A stretch of DNA of 60,064 bases, taken from a virus. The notes below the pieces were generated by a model. The model was given only the letters and a program-made list of their open reading frames with translations, made no database searches and was not told the DNA's origin. The stretch spans positions 1 through 60,064 of IMG/VR virus record IMGVR_UViG_3300048818_000149; one strand, 5' to 3'. This document shows, piece by piece, positions 50,984 to 59,959 of the stretch. The position numbers and the translations under genes were made by a program. The stretch's first letter is position 1. Every line of letters starts with the position of its first letter.

Positions 50984-51859
50984 TTAGAGACAGATGTAAG
51001 ACCAATTCGTGCTCGCAAGCACAGCGCCATTCAGCACAACGCTAGTCGTGCCCGGAGTGCCGACATATGGCAACGTAGTCGCCGCAATAGCTGCCGCATT
51101 CATCGCCATGAAGACGCAGGCTTTCGGCGCGCTGGCCAACGTGGCAGACCACGAAATGGTGCAGCTCGTAGTGGACGAACTGCCGATCGTAATGCTGCCA
51201 GCTTGGTTCGTGCTGCCAGCAACCACTGCGCCATTAGAGCCCGTTCCGCAGGCGCTAGAGGCAATCGTCGGCAAGCCCTGGCCAGTAACGACAATCTGCC
51301 CCGAGAGTGTTGCCACGCCAGTTGCGCTGAGCATAGTGAATGTTCCGGGGTTCGCCGTGCCGTTGCTGGGCACAGCACAGTTCCATGCGCCGCCAGTTCC
51401 GACGATGCACTGAGCTTGCTGGTGACTACCGATGGCGAACGCAGTAGAGCCCACGGTGCCGTTAATGGTGTCCTGGGTGCCCGGAGCGTACTGGTAACCC
51501 GTACCACCACCATAGAGATTGATGGTCTGCGCAGTCTGGTTCAGAATGTTCTTGTAGTAGCCGGGGATCGCTGCGGGCAGACAGACGTAGCCCGTGCTGG
51601 CGCTAGTCGTAACATTGTGGATCATATTGACGTTGCCCAGCTGCGTACAGTTGCTTTGCCCGCTGGACTGACTGACGCTGAGCGCAGTGCCGACGCCGAC
51701 AGTGCTGCCAGCCTCGACGCCTTTCGTCAGCGTATAGAGGTTGGTGTTGAAGTCGCCGAGACTCGGTCCGGGTGTGCCCGGCAGCGGCAGCGTCTGGGCG
51801 TTGGCAAGCGAGAGACTCGCCAGCAGGCCGAGGGTCGAAAGAGCAAGTCGCTTGAACAT
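50984..51859 (-). CDS. Secreted Gly/Thr-rich fiber-like protein, 291 aa
   Basis: MFKRLALSTLGLLASLSLANAQ. GGAG upstream of the ATG. Confidence 0.7.
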   Translation of the reverse strand: MFKRLALSTLGLLASLSLANAQTLPLPGTPGPSLGDFNTNLYTLTKGVEAGSTVGVGTALSVSQSSGQSNCTQLGNVNMIHNVTTSASTGYVCLPAAIPGYYKNILNQTAQTINLYGGGTGYQYAPGTQDTINGTVGSTAFAIGSHQQAQCIVGTGGAWNCAVPSNGTANPGTFTMLSATGVATLSGQIVVTGQGLPTIASSACGTGSNGAVVAGSTNQAGSITIGSSSTTSCTISWSATLASAPKACVFMAMNAAAIAATTLPYVGTPGTTSVVLNGAVLASTNWSYICL

Positions 51860-51895
51860 AGTGGGTTCTCCGTTGAGCGTGCTAGATGCTAGATG

Positions 51896-52639
51896 CTAGG
51901 TGATCTGATCGCTATAGACGTTATAGGTCCCTGGCCGGATCAGATCGGCAGGCATTCTCAGTCTCGCGATGGCCGCGCTGGCATCGCGCAGAACTTCACG
52001 GCTTTCTTTCGCACGGCCAGACAGCGCAGCATCAGGGGGCAATCTGTACGCACTGCGCAAGATCTCGGCCAGCGACTCGTAGATGGCCTTGAAGTACTCG
52101 TTGGGCAGCGTGGCGTCCAGGGGCGTCGTCAGCGCGCTCGCCGTGATGATGTCAATCAGCGTGGCCTTCACGAGTACGTTAATGCTGTAGATATTCGCCT
52201 GCGGGACGGGCCAGACGTAGAGCAGGCCAGTCGGATACGCCGGATCGAGAAAGATATAGCCAGGGAACGTAGTCAGCTTTTTCAGCGTAATGGTGTTGTA
52301 GTCCTCGAAACTTTCGAGCAACTCCAGCGGATAATCTACCTGGTTCGGGCTACTCTGGACCAGTTGCCTGAAGAAGCAGCCATTCTCCAGCTTATCCGGC
52401 CGCGTGCCGATTTGAAACTGCTGGCCCGGCCCGATGGTGTACGGAGTCGTCTGGCCAGTTGACGTAACGGCAATGTTGACCAGATGGAAAACGAGATAGC
52501 GTTTGCGTTGCCACTGCTGGATCATCCACTGCATGCGCGTATAGGCGTTGTTCACGTCCTCCGCGCTCGCAGTCTGACCCTGCCCGATGATGCCAGCATC
52601 GAGCAGGGCGAGATTGATGATGTCCAGCGTGGTCGTCAC
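51896..52639 (-). CDS. Head-to-tail adaptor (P22 gp4-like)
   Basis: N-terminus LDIINLALLDAGIIGQGQTASAEDVNNAYTRMQWMIQQW parallels P22 gp4 DLVRAALRKLGV...DAVDDLEAMMAEW. Confidence 0.6.
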   Translation of the reverse strand: MTTTLDIINLALLDAGIIGQGQTASAEDVNNAYTRMQWMIQQWQRKRYLVFHLVNIAVTSTGQTTPYTIGPGQQFQIGTRPDKLENGCFFRQLVQSSPNQVDYPLELLESFEDYNTITLKKLTTFPGYIFLDPAYPTGLLYVWPVPQANIYSINVLVKATLIDIITASALTTPLDATLPNEYFKAIYESLAEILRSAYRLPPDAALSGRAKESREVLRDASAAIARLRMPADLIRPGTYNVYSDQIT

Positions 52640-52646
52640 GTAGTGG

Positions 52647-53174
52647 TCACTTCTTGTTGTTCAGTGCGCGCTGTTCAGCCAGCGCAGCGATGCCTGACTG
52701 CGTGCCCTGTTTCTGTGACACAGAAGTATCGACTTCTGGTGGCGGCGGTGCTCCCGCCGAGAGCTTCTCGACCTTATTGGCCAGCTCGCTCAGGCGAGTG
52801 AGTGCGCTTTCCAGCTGATTCGCCAGCTTGCCGTTCATCTGTTGCTGCGTGCTCAGTTCCGTCGCCAACTCATCGCGTTCGCGCTCAAGCGGACTACGCG
52901 GAACGTCCATCTCGACCGTATCGCTCATGATCTTCAGCTCTTCGCTCTTGCTGCCCGCCACGAGCGTCACTATTTCCTCAGTCACTTTGCCAGTTTCGGC
53001 ATCTGTATGCATCTTGACGCGGCGGACGGCCTTCGGGTATTCGCTGAACGGGCGTTCCACGAGCCGACCCGGCAGTTCTCCGCCTGGATCAATAATGGGC
53101 TTGCCAGACGGGTCCACTTTCATCAGGCGACCAATTACGCCGTTGGCCTCGAGCTTCTTATAAGCATCTAACAT
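52647..53174 (-). CDS. Hypothetical coiled-coil protein, 175 aa, downstream of coat
   Basis: Open frame with a heptad-like ELATELSTQQQMNGKLANQLESALTRLSELANKVEKL. Confidence 0.6.
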   Translation of the reverse strand: MLDAYKKLEANGVIGRLMKVDPSGKPIIDPGGELPGRLVERPFSEYPKAVRRVKMHTDAETGKVTEEIVTLVAGSKSEELKIMSDTVEMDVPRSPLERERDELATELSTQQQMNGKLANQLESALTRLSELANKVEKLSAGAPPPPEVDTSVSQKQGTQSGIAALAEQRALNNKK

Positions 53175-53211
53175 TGTTCAGTCCTCTTTCCTCGGACTAC
53201 GTGGGGCGCTA

Positions 53212-53241
53212 CTGGGAGAGGCCGAGGAAAACCTCTCCCAG
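53212..53241 (-). terminator. 10-bp GC hairpin immediately after the coat gene (attenuator candidate)
   Basis: ctgggagagg (53212-53221) / cctctcccag (53232-53241). No clear T-run. Confidence 0.4.
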
Positions 53242-53294
53242 CGCCATCAACGAGGCCAGTTTCCCACTTGGGGTCTGGCCCCGGAGACTTTGCG

Positions 53295-54578
53295 TTAGAC
53301 GATGTCGGCGACGGTACAGGCCCACTCCGGGCGAACCCAGAGATAGCCGTACAGAACGTCAAGTCGAGTGATCAGCTGGTCAGTGCCCGGAACGTATGCA
53401 GTCAGCATACGCATCGCAATGCCATCGAATTGCTCACGAGCGGACTCCTCAACGCCCTTGGTCGGCATGATCAGATCGGCTGTCGCCATCGTCACTGCTT
53501 CCGGCGCAAAGACGAAGTTCTTGCGATACGTCGTGCTCGCCGGGTTCACAATGTTGATCTGAGCTGCGTTGATCGGACTGTTATCCACAGTCTGATATTG
53601 CTGCTGAGTGCTGCCAGCTCCGAACGGGATGAGCGCCGGATAGATGCTCAGCGTAGTAGTCGTACCGGCGGTGAACGCCGCAGTCACAACGAACTGCTTG
53701 AGTTGCCCGATACTGGTCTTGAAGACCTTGTTGACCGCGTGGACGTCAGTGGTGAGCGCTCCCGTGCCGAACGTCACGATGTCGCCCACGACGAGCGTGC
53801 CAGAGCCGTTGGTGTTGACAGTGATGTTCAGCCCGGTCTGGTTCGCGCCGTTCACAGTAGTCGCGCCGTTGTACGTGCCTGCGACGTGCTGGAGAACCGT
53901 CTGGTCCATATACCAGTCGAAGCCGAGCGTATCACTGGCCATCTTGCCAGACTTATATTGCTCGCTGATCTTCGGAGCCGGATTGAAGAGACCAGCCAGA
54001 GACGCCACTGTGCGGCTCTGCGTGACCGGATCGAGAATGGCCTTCCAGGCATCGGTCGGCGCAGAATTCTGATGCAAGAATGCGCCAGCGGTCAGCCAGG
54101 TCTGTGCCACAGGCGAAGAAGTCAGTGTCGTCCAGGCACCGTCTGCAGCCTGCGAACCATTCTGCACATAGTTACAGATGCCCGCGCCGTTGGTGCCGCC
54201 GGAGTCCACGCCGGACATGACATCCGCGGCGACTGCGCCCGCGAGGTTGTTGACCATCGGAGCGAGAACACGTCGGCTGAAGTCATCCAGCGACATGGTG
54301 CGATCGACGGAATTGAAGCTAACGTCCACGCCCTTCTGGGTAGCCAGCACGAGGGTCGTGCTCTGCTCCGCAGTATCTTGGACCTGCGCGGCGGGGCCAG
54401 AACGAACGGTGAAGTCGTTCGGCAGTCTAATTCGCAGCGAAGAGCCAATCTTCGCGCCAGTCTTGGCGAAGTTGTCGTCGTATTGCATATCGACGTGCTG
54501 GATGAACGCGTTGCTGTTCTTCCAGAGACGAACTGCCTCTCGGGTAATCATATTGATAGTAAGAAGTGAGTTGGCCAT
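53295..54578 (-). CDS. Major capsid protein, P22 coat (gp5) family
   Basis: 427 aa. N-terminus NSLLTINMITREA, then DDFSRRVLAPMVNNLA, and C-terminus LDVLYGYLWVRPEW. Follows the scaffold gene. Confidence 0.88.
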   Translation of the reverse strand: MANSLLTINMITREAVRLWKNSNAFIQHVDMQYDDNFAKTGAKIGSSLRIRLPNDFTVRSGPAAQVQDTAEQSTTLVLATQKGVDVSFNSVDRTMSLDDFSRRVLAPMVNNLAGAVAADVMSGVDSGGTNGAGICNYVQNGSQAADGAWTTLTSSPVAQTWLTAGAFLHQNSAPTDAWKAILDPVTQSRTVASLAGLFNPAPKISEQYKSGKMASDTLGFDWYMDQTVLQHVAGTYNGATTVNGANQTGLNITVNTNGSGTLVVGDIVTFGTGALTTDVHAVNKVFKTSIGQLKQFVVTAAFTAGTTTTLSIYPALIPFGAGSTQQQYQTVDNSPINAAQINIVNPASTTYRKNFVFAPEAVTMATADLIMPTKGVEESAREQFDGIAMRMLTAYVPGTDQLITRLDVLYGYLWVRPEWACTVADIV

Positions 54579-54743
54579 TTTGCGCCACGCTCCCAGTTAG
54601 TCGCAACGCCATCAGGCATCTAGCGACTTGTTACCGGGGCCGAGCGGCTAATACGGCCAGAGCGCCATAACGCTGGCGAGCGGAACGGGCGAGGTTCAAT
54701 ACGCCCAGTGCGGCAGACTTAACGCCCTGCCGAAGCGTTTAAC

Positions 54744-55583
54744 TCAGCGAGAAGTTCTATTCTCTTTGACTTGCTTCTCACGTTGACGTATCCACTCCTC
54801 AGTGGAGAAATTGTCAGTGTCCTCAGCTTTCCAGCTGGGCTTTACAGCGCTCTGCTTCACGCGAGGCTTAATGGGGGCGGGGGCGCGGGAGACATTCGGG
54901 ATAATGGGCTTGCCGTCATCGTCAACTTCGGGCTCAGCGGGCGCAGCGGCAGTCTGCAGCTTGTTCGCGAACTTGGCCAGTTCCACGGCCTGCGCGACGG
55001 GCCGCAGGCCCATAATGCGACTGGCCTCGTTCACGTCTTGCCCCAGCGCGTAGAGCACTTCGCTAGCTTGGCCGGTTTCGAGTGCGGCCTCCAGAAGCGT
55101 AACGGGCAGAACAGGTCGGCCATTCTGGCCCACCACGGGCGAAATGCTAGTCAGATCACCAAGAACGACTTTGTCGAAATCTGCATGGGCTTCGCGGCCA
55201 GCCACAGCCGCCGTGTTGCAGCGCTCGTTGAAGTTCTGCCTAGTCGCTTCCTCAGCGACGAGCGCCTGAAGCTCCTGTGGACTCGGTGCGCGCTCAGCAG
55301 CAGTACGCGCTGCGGGCTGGGCATTCGGGTCAACAGCACCTGGGCGCGTGCTCAGCGCCTTGTGCTCAGCTAGCGTATCGTTCGCCAGCTTCAGCTCGCG
55401 CAAGAGGGCCTCTTTCGCTCGCTCGCTCTCGGCCTTCTGGGCAATAACGGCCTGCAGACGCGAAAGCGGCACCGTTTGCTCTTTCGGTGGTTCCGCCGGA
55501 GCAGGTGCAGGTTCAGGCGCAGCAGCTGCTGGAGCCGGTGCAGGCTCCGGTGCAGGCGCTGGTGTCTTGTTGTCCTCAGTCAT
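54744..55583 (-). CDS. Scaffolding protein
   Basis: Pro/Ala-rich N-terminus, long helical A/E/L/K-rich body, basic C-terminus. Position between portal block and coat. Confidence 0.7.
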   Translation of the reverse strand: MTEDNKTPAPAPEPAPAPAAAAPEPAPAPAEPPKEQTVPLSRLQAVIAQKAESERAKEALLRELKLANDTLAEHKALSTRPGAVDPNAQPAARTAAERAPSPQELQALVAEEATRQNFNERCNTAAVAGREAHADFDKVVLGDLTSISPVVGQNGRPVLPVTLLEAALETGQASEVLYALGQDVNEASRIMGLRPVAQAVELAKFANKLQTAAAPAEPEVDDDGKPIIPNVSRAPAPIKPRVKQSAVKPSWKAEDTDNFSTEEWIRQREKQVKENRTSR

Positions 55584-55951
55584 TCAGTCCTCGTTGCCGC
55601 TCGAATTTCGTCCTCAGTAGGCAGACTGAGCTTCGGTCGCCCGTTGGCCCGCAGTCTGTTCGCGCGAATTGTGTTGTCGAGAAGCATGGAGTCATAGATC
55701 GTTTCGTGCAAGTGTTCTTTTGACTTGTCGCCTAGCATCGCCGCCAAAATGGCCCGTGCGGGCTCCAAGAGCTTAGGCGCAATAAGTGCAACGAACAGCC
55801 GCTGACTTTCCTCACCAGTCAGCCCGCGCTTGATGGTCATCTCCTTCCAGCCAGCGTACATCGCGTTGCCGGACATGACCTCGTCGTAGAGTTCTCCCGC
55901 CATCTTCTGGGCAGTCTCCAGCACTAACTTGTGCGCCGCTACGTTAGCCAT
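55580..55951 (-). CDS. Hypothetical protein, 123 aa
   Basis: ATG 55951 overlaps the upstream TGA by 1 nt. ATGA junction to the scaffold gene. Confidence 0.6.
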   Translation of the reverse strand: MANVAAHKLVLETAQKMAGELYDEVMSGNAMYAGWKEMTIKRGLTGEESQRLFVALIAPKLLEPARAILAAMLGDKSKEHLHETIYDSMLLDNTIRANRLRANGRPKLSLPTEDEIRAATRTE

Positions 55952-56130
55952 CACTTCTTCCCCATTGCGCGCTCGATTTGCTCATCACTCATCCCGTAGT
56001 GCTCTTTCGCGCGCTTGCGCAGACGAGCTTGCTCTCTGCGTTCCGCGCGCTTGGAGCCCTCTCGCAGCATGGGCTCATGTATATGCGCGTCGTACTTCAC
56101 GCCATCCTCTTCGCTATAGGTCTCGGTCAT
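55951..56130 (-). CDS. Small basic protein, 59 aa (below cutoff)
   Basis: Hand translation MTETYSEEDGVKYDAHIHEPMLREGSKRAERREQARLRKRAKEHYGMSDEQIERAMGKK. ATGA junction upstream. Confidence 0.45.
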   Translation of the reverse strand: MTETYSEEDGVKYDAHIHEPMLREGSKRAERREQARLRKRAKEHYGMSDEQIERAMGKK

Positions 56131-57653
56131 TTCATTTTACTCTTCACGTAATCGTTGAACCTCTGCATGGAGTCCTCGCCGTTCAAGTCCAGCTTGCCCG
56201 ACCAGCTCTTGTTCATCAGCAGCGCCTTGCCAATAGTCGTATTGTCATCTCGCCCGAAGCCCTGCGGAGCCTTATACGGCACATCGCTCAGATCCCAGAT
56301 CGCATGCGGATCTGGATCAGCCAGAATGCGATCAACGTGGTCAGCCTGCTCTGGATCGACACGAGGTTTCATCTGCTGCCAGTCTCTATTCATGTTGCGC
56401 TTCAGATAACTCCAGTCCCCCTCCGTCTTCGGCACAAAGCCGTATTTGGCCCAGGCGTAAGAGCCCACGTCGATGTTGGCGCCGAGCTGCACGTTGCTCA
56501 AGCCCATCTTCTTATAGAGGTCGATCTGATTGCTCAGCATGGCTGGCACCGCGCCAGTTCCGCGCGCAGACGGATTAACTTTCAAGAAGCCGTGATAAGC
56601 ATAATCTGGATTGATCGTGCGATCTATGGTGCCGATGTTCTCACCGCTCACGGGATCACGCAGGCGGCCAGAGAACTTTAGGGTATTACCCACACTGCTG
56701 ATCTCACCGCCATTGTCACCAGTGAAATTGTCCGGGTGGTACATCCCGCCGAAATACTTATCAGCAAACTCCCGCTCGTCCATATGTGGCCCGATGCGCT
56801 CGGCAATTTTATTACGAATAGTGGCTGGCAGATCGCCCAGTGGCCCACTAGTTTGCTCCGTCGATACCTGCGGCGTATAGCGTGCACTGGGCGCTGCAGG
56901 CTGACTGACTCCCGCCACGTCAGCAATACTGGCCCCTGGATTCAGCGCAAGTATTCTCTTCTGCTCCATAGCCGCCGGATCGCGCGAGCCAGTCATTTCA
57001 CCATAGTAGTGATCCATCCAGTTATCGAAATTCGGCGAGCTACTGCTGTTTAACTCTCGTCCTGCAGCGCGCTCACCCAACAAATTCTCCATATGAGCAG
57101 ACAACGTAGAATATGGTCCATTCGGCGCATTGAAGAACACGCGGCTCATATAGTCCTGTCGCTCAGGCGCACTGAGAGCATTATAGCCCTCTTTCGTCGG
57201 GCTGGCCAGAACGTCCTCGACGCTAGTACGAACAGGAGCAGCTGGAATGGGCACATCTCGCCCACCGACGCTGACAGACGAAGAGGCTGTTGGTGGCGTA
57301 CCCCAGCTCGACTCTCCAGTCTGCGCATGTCTAAGCGCACTTGCCTGCAATGTCGGCATGTGACCAGAATAATCAATTATCTCGTCATTTGGCGTATGCA
57401 GATAGTGTCCAGCGCCAGAGAGACCCAGCTCAAGCGAATAGCCTTCTGGTACTCCCTCAGTCGGTGGAAGCGCCGTATGACCGGGTGGTATAGAGCGCTG
57501 CACAGGTGCCGCTACGCCTGCTGCCGGAAGCCCGCTCGGCACAATTTGCAGCGCAGGATGGCGAGAGATCAAGTCCTCTGGCTTCGTGCTCTGAATGCCC
57601 AGCGCGTGATGAATATCAGCGAACTCATCATCGTTGTAGTCCCGCTCAGCCAT
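56127..57653 (-). CDS. Post-portal protein, 508 aa, with C-terminal GNAT-like acetyltransferase motifs
   Basis: FLKVNPSARGTGAVPAMLSNQIDLYKKMGLSNVQLGANIDVGSYAWAKYGFVP fits the R-x-x-G-x-G/A CoA loop and ...Y.k.GF. Confidence 0.7.
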   Translation of the reverse strand: MAERDYNDDEFADIHHALGIQSTKPEDLISRHPALQIVPSGLPAAGVAAPVQRSIPPGHTALPPTEGVPEGYSLELGLSGAGHYLHTPNDEIIDYSGHMPTLQASALRHAQTGESSWGTPPTASSSVSVGGRDVPIPAAPVRTSVEDVLASPTKEGYNALSAPERQDYMSRVFFNAPNGPYSTLSAHMENLLGERAAGRELNSSSSPNFDNWMDHYYGEMTGSRDPAAMEQKRILALNPGASIADVAGVSQPAAPSARYTPQVSTEQTSGPLGDLPATIRNKIAERIGPHMDEREFADKYFGGMYHPDNFTGDNGGEISSVGNTLKFSGRLRDPVSGENIGTIDRTINPDYAYHGFLKVNPSARGTGAVPAMLSNQIDLYKKMGLSNVQLGANIDVGSYAWAKYGFVPKTEGDWSYLKRNMNRDWQQMKPRVDPEQADHVDRILADPDPHAIWDLSDVPYKAPQGFGRDDNTTIGKALLMNKSWSGKLDLNGEDSMQRFNDYVKSKMK

Positions 57654-57655
57654 GA

Positions 57656-59959
57656 CTACGCTACGGGCCTAAAGTTCTTGGCCTGGGCAAAGTCTCGCAC
57701 GTACCACTGGCCATTCTCGGCCTGCCGCGCGCCAGAGAGCGGTGGCCTCGCGCGTGTGGCAGCCTCGGGCAGCCCGGCAGGCACAGACTGGTCCAGCACG
57801 TCAGTCGTCGTGGCCTCAGCGGGATTAACTGTCGCCGTAAGTGACTCCGCGATGGCAGCCTCGACGATGGGTCTCAGCGTGTCCGGCGTAATCTCAGCCT
57901 CGCCCTCCTTCGCGGCCTCGATCAGCACAGCGAGCCTCTTCGTCAGAGCCTCAAAGATCGCGACTTCGTTCTTCTCCTCTTTGCCCCTCAGCTTAATGCG
58001 CAGAGTGGTCTGATCCTCTAGGCTCTTGCTGAAGAGATTCTGCAAGTTCTGAACTTGCTGCATCAGAGCTTGCTCGGTGGCCGACGGGCCTTCTCCGAGC
58101 GCATGAGGCGGCACCATGCGGCGAAGCCGTTCGGCAGCTTCTTCTGCATGCGGGAAGTCTGCGGCGCGGAATAGTATGTCGCCCAGTATGCTCGCCAGCT
58201 GCGGGCTCTGGGTAAGAACCAGCTTAAAGGCCTCGAAAGCCTCTTCACGCTGAGTGGCATAATTCGGCCCGATGTCAGCCTGAACTTCATACTTGCCCAC
58301 GTTCGGCGCCAGAACGTGGATGACACTCTGCTGATCCTCCATCATGACCTTCTGATACGCCTGCTTCGCCTGCGGGTCAATCGCGACGTTCATGGTAGTT
58401 CCGTCGTCAGCAAGGATCTGCATAAGGCGCTGCGTATCGTAGATATAGGGAAAGAGGTCCAGAACGATCTTCCCAATGTGCCGAATTGCAATGGCCAGAT
58501 TGTCTATGAAGTGGTAAGTCGCCGTGCTGGCTTGTCTCGTGCGCTCACCGATCTGCTTGGGCGTTCGCGGAATGCCGCCCTGCATACTCGCAGCGTACTG
58601 CCCACTGACCATAAGCAGGTCTTGCAGTGAACTCTGCATCTGCGTCGCATAGATTGGGGCGGCAGCGGGGGGCTGTATCCGCTGAGGAGGCGGGATAACG
58701 CTACCATCTTCCCGGAGGGACTTATACGGGAGGATACTGGTGTTAATTCGATTAGCATCGTTCCAGTAGGTTTCAAGCTCTTCCACTGCTTCAACAGGGG
58801 CAATCCACGGAGTCTTCGTCTGAAGACCCATAAATTCCACTGCCGAGCTAGCTGCATAGTTATACATGCGTTGGGCATCGAGCATGCTCCTCGTGTGGCT
58901 CTTACAGTCCCAAGTGCCCTCGATAATAGTCTCCTCTCCCCAGACGGGCACGATGGGAATATACTGTCCGGGCCAATCTTTCTCCTCAACGACTTGCCAG
59001 CCGATAATGAGCTTCCACTCGACCTGCTTGCGAATTAGTTCGCGCGACTGGACCAGGCCCTCTTCCTCATCTTGCCGGATCTGCTTCAGCAGGACAGCGC
59101 TACGGCCAGTCTTGACTTTCTCCAGTAGCGACTTCGCAATAAAGCCCCCTTGGAAGTCCTTCTGGCCAGCGTAGCCCGCAGGCAACGCATAGAGCACATC
59201 CTTGCGCTCTACGACGCGCCAATATTCCGCCACTCGAACGTAGTCATCATTGACCCAGCCTACAGTGCCCGCACCCATCGGGCTAGCAGTGGCTAGGTCT
59301 TTGTACTCAGCGTACTGGGGGTCCTTGTCGAACTCCTTACGCTCAATGTCCTCGAAGACAAAGGCGAACTTCATATCGCTGCGATCTGGCTCCTTCGCAT
59401 CGGGGTCGAGGTAGACGTTCAGCGGGTCCGCTTGCCGCTTAATGTAGATGTCTTGGTCGAAGTTCTTCTCGTTCGAGTAGTCCGTGGCCACGCGTATGTA
59501 GCCCCAGCCAGCGTTGACCTGAAAGTTCGTCGCGTGGTCGTAGGCCGCGCTGGCGTTGCTGATGTACTCGATGTGCTTCACAAGGGCGTTAAGAACTTTC
59601 GCAGAGTCAACTGAAGCTCCATCTGCCACCGGAAGAATTTTAATACCAGGTTTATTTTGCTTCGCGTCATTAACAATCTGTAAGTTGTGTTGCCGCGCCC
59701 CGTTGAGGGTGAGACTGGGACGATCATCCACCTCTCTTGTGCGGCGTAGGCCGTTGGGCCACTGGTAGCCGTTGTACGCATCCGCATGGGCAAACTTGTA
59801 ATCATCCAGAAACCTCGCTCGGGCAACTTTCTCGCGACTTACACAACGCTCGAAGCGATCCATGCCCTCGCGAACGGCATCGCTGACGCCAGCAGGAGCA
59901 TCGCCGGAGCCAAACGCTGGCGGGTTCGCATCGCGTGGGGGAGAACCGCGTTCAGACAC
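57656..59959 (-). CDS. Portal protein (P22 gp1-like)
   Basis: 767 aa. FLDDYKFAHADAYNGYQW...RPSLTLN...GWGYIRVATDY parallels the P22 portal N-terminal pattern. GTG 59959 lies inside the terminal overlap. Alternative start at Met33. Confidence 0.88.
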   Translation of the reverse strand: MSERGSPPRDANPPAFGSGDAPAGVSDAVREGMDRFERCVSREKVARARFLDDYKFAHADAYNGYQWPNGLRRTREVDDRPSLTLNGARQHNLQIVNDAKQNKPGIKILPVADGASVDSAKVLNALVKHIEYISNASAAYDHATNFQVNAGWGYIRVATDYSNEKNFDQDIYIKRQADPLNVYLDPDAKEPDRSDMKFAFVFEDIERKEFDKDPQYAEYKDLATASPMGAGTVGWVNDDYVRVAEYWRVVERKDVLYALPAGYAGQKDFQGGFIAKSLLEKVKTGRSAVLLKQIRQDEEEGLVQSRELIRKQVEWKLIIGWQVVEEKDWPGQYIPIVPVWGEETIIEGTWDCKSHTRSMLDAQRMYNYAASSAVEFMGLQTKTPWIAPVEAVEELETYWNDANRINTSILPYKSLREDGSVIPPPQRIQPPAAAPIYATQMQSSLQDLLMVSGQYAASMQGGIPRTPKQIGERTRQASTATYHFIDNLAIAIRHIGKIVLDLFPYIYDTQRLMQILADDGTTMNVAIDPQAKQAYQKVMMEDQQSVIHVLAPNVGKYEVQADIGPNYATQREEAFEAFKLVLTQSPQLASILGDILFRAADFPHAEEAAERLRRMVPPHALGEGPSATEQALMQQVQNLQNLFSKSLEDQTTLRIKLRGKEEKNEVAIFEALTKRLAVLIEAAKEGEAEITPDTLRPIVEAAIAESLTATVNPAEATTTDVLDQSVPAGLPEAATRARPPLSGARQAENGQWYVRDFAQAKNFRPVA

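Noticed and set aside
53268-54569. 433-aa plus-strand ORF exactly antisense to the coat gene
   Set aside because: Its composition is Arg/Ala/Gly/His-rich and not protein-like, and it has no RBS. It is a shadow ORF of the kind produced opposite strongly codon-biased high-GC genes. The minus-strand product has clear coat-family motifs.
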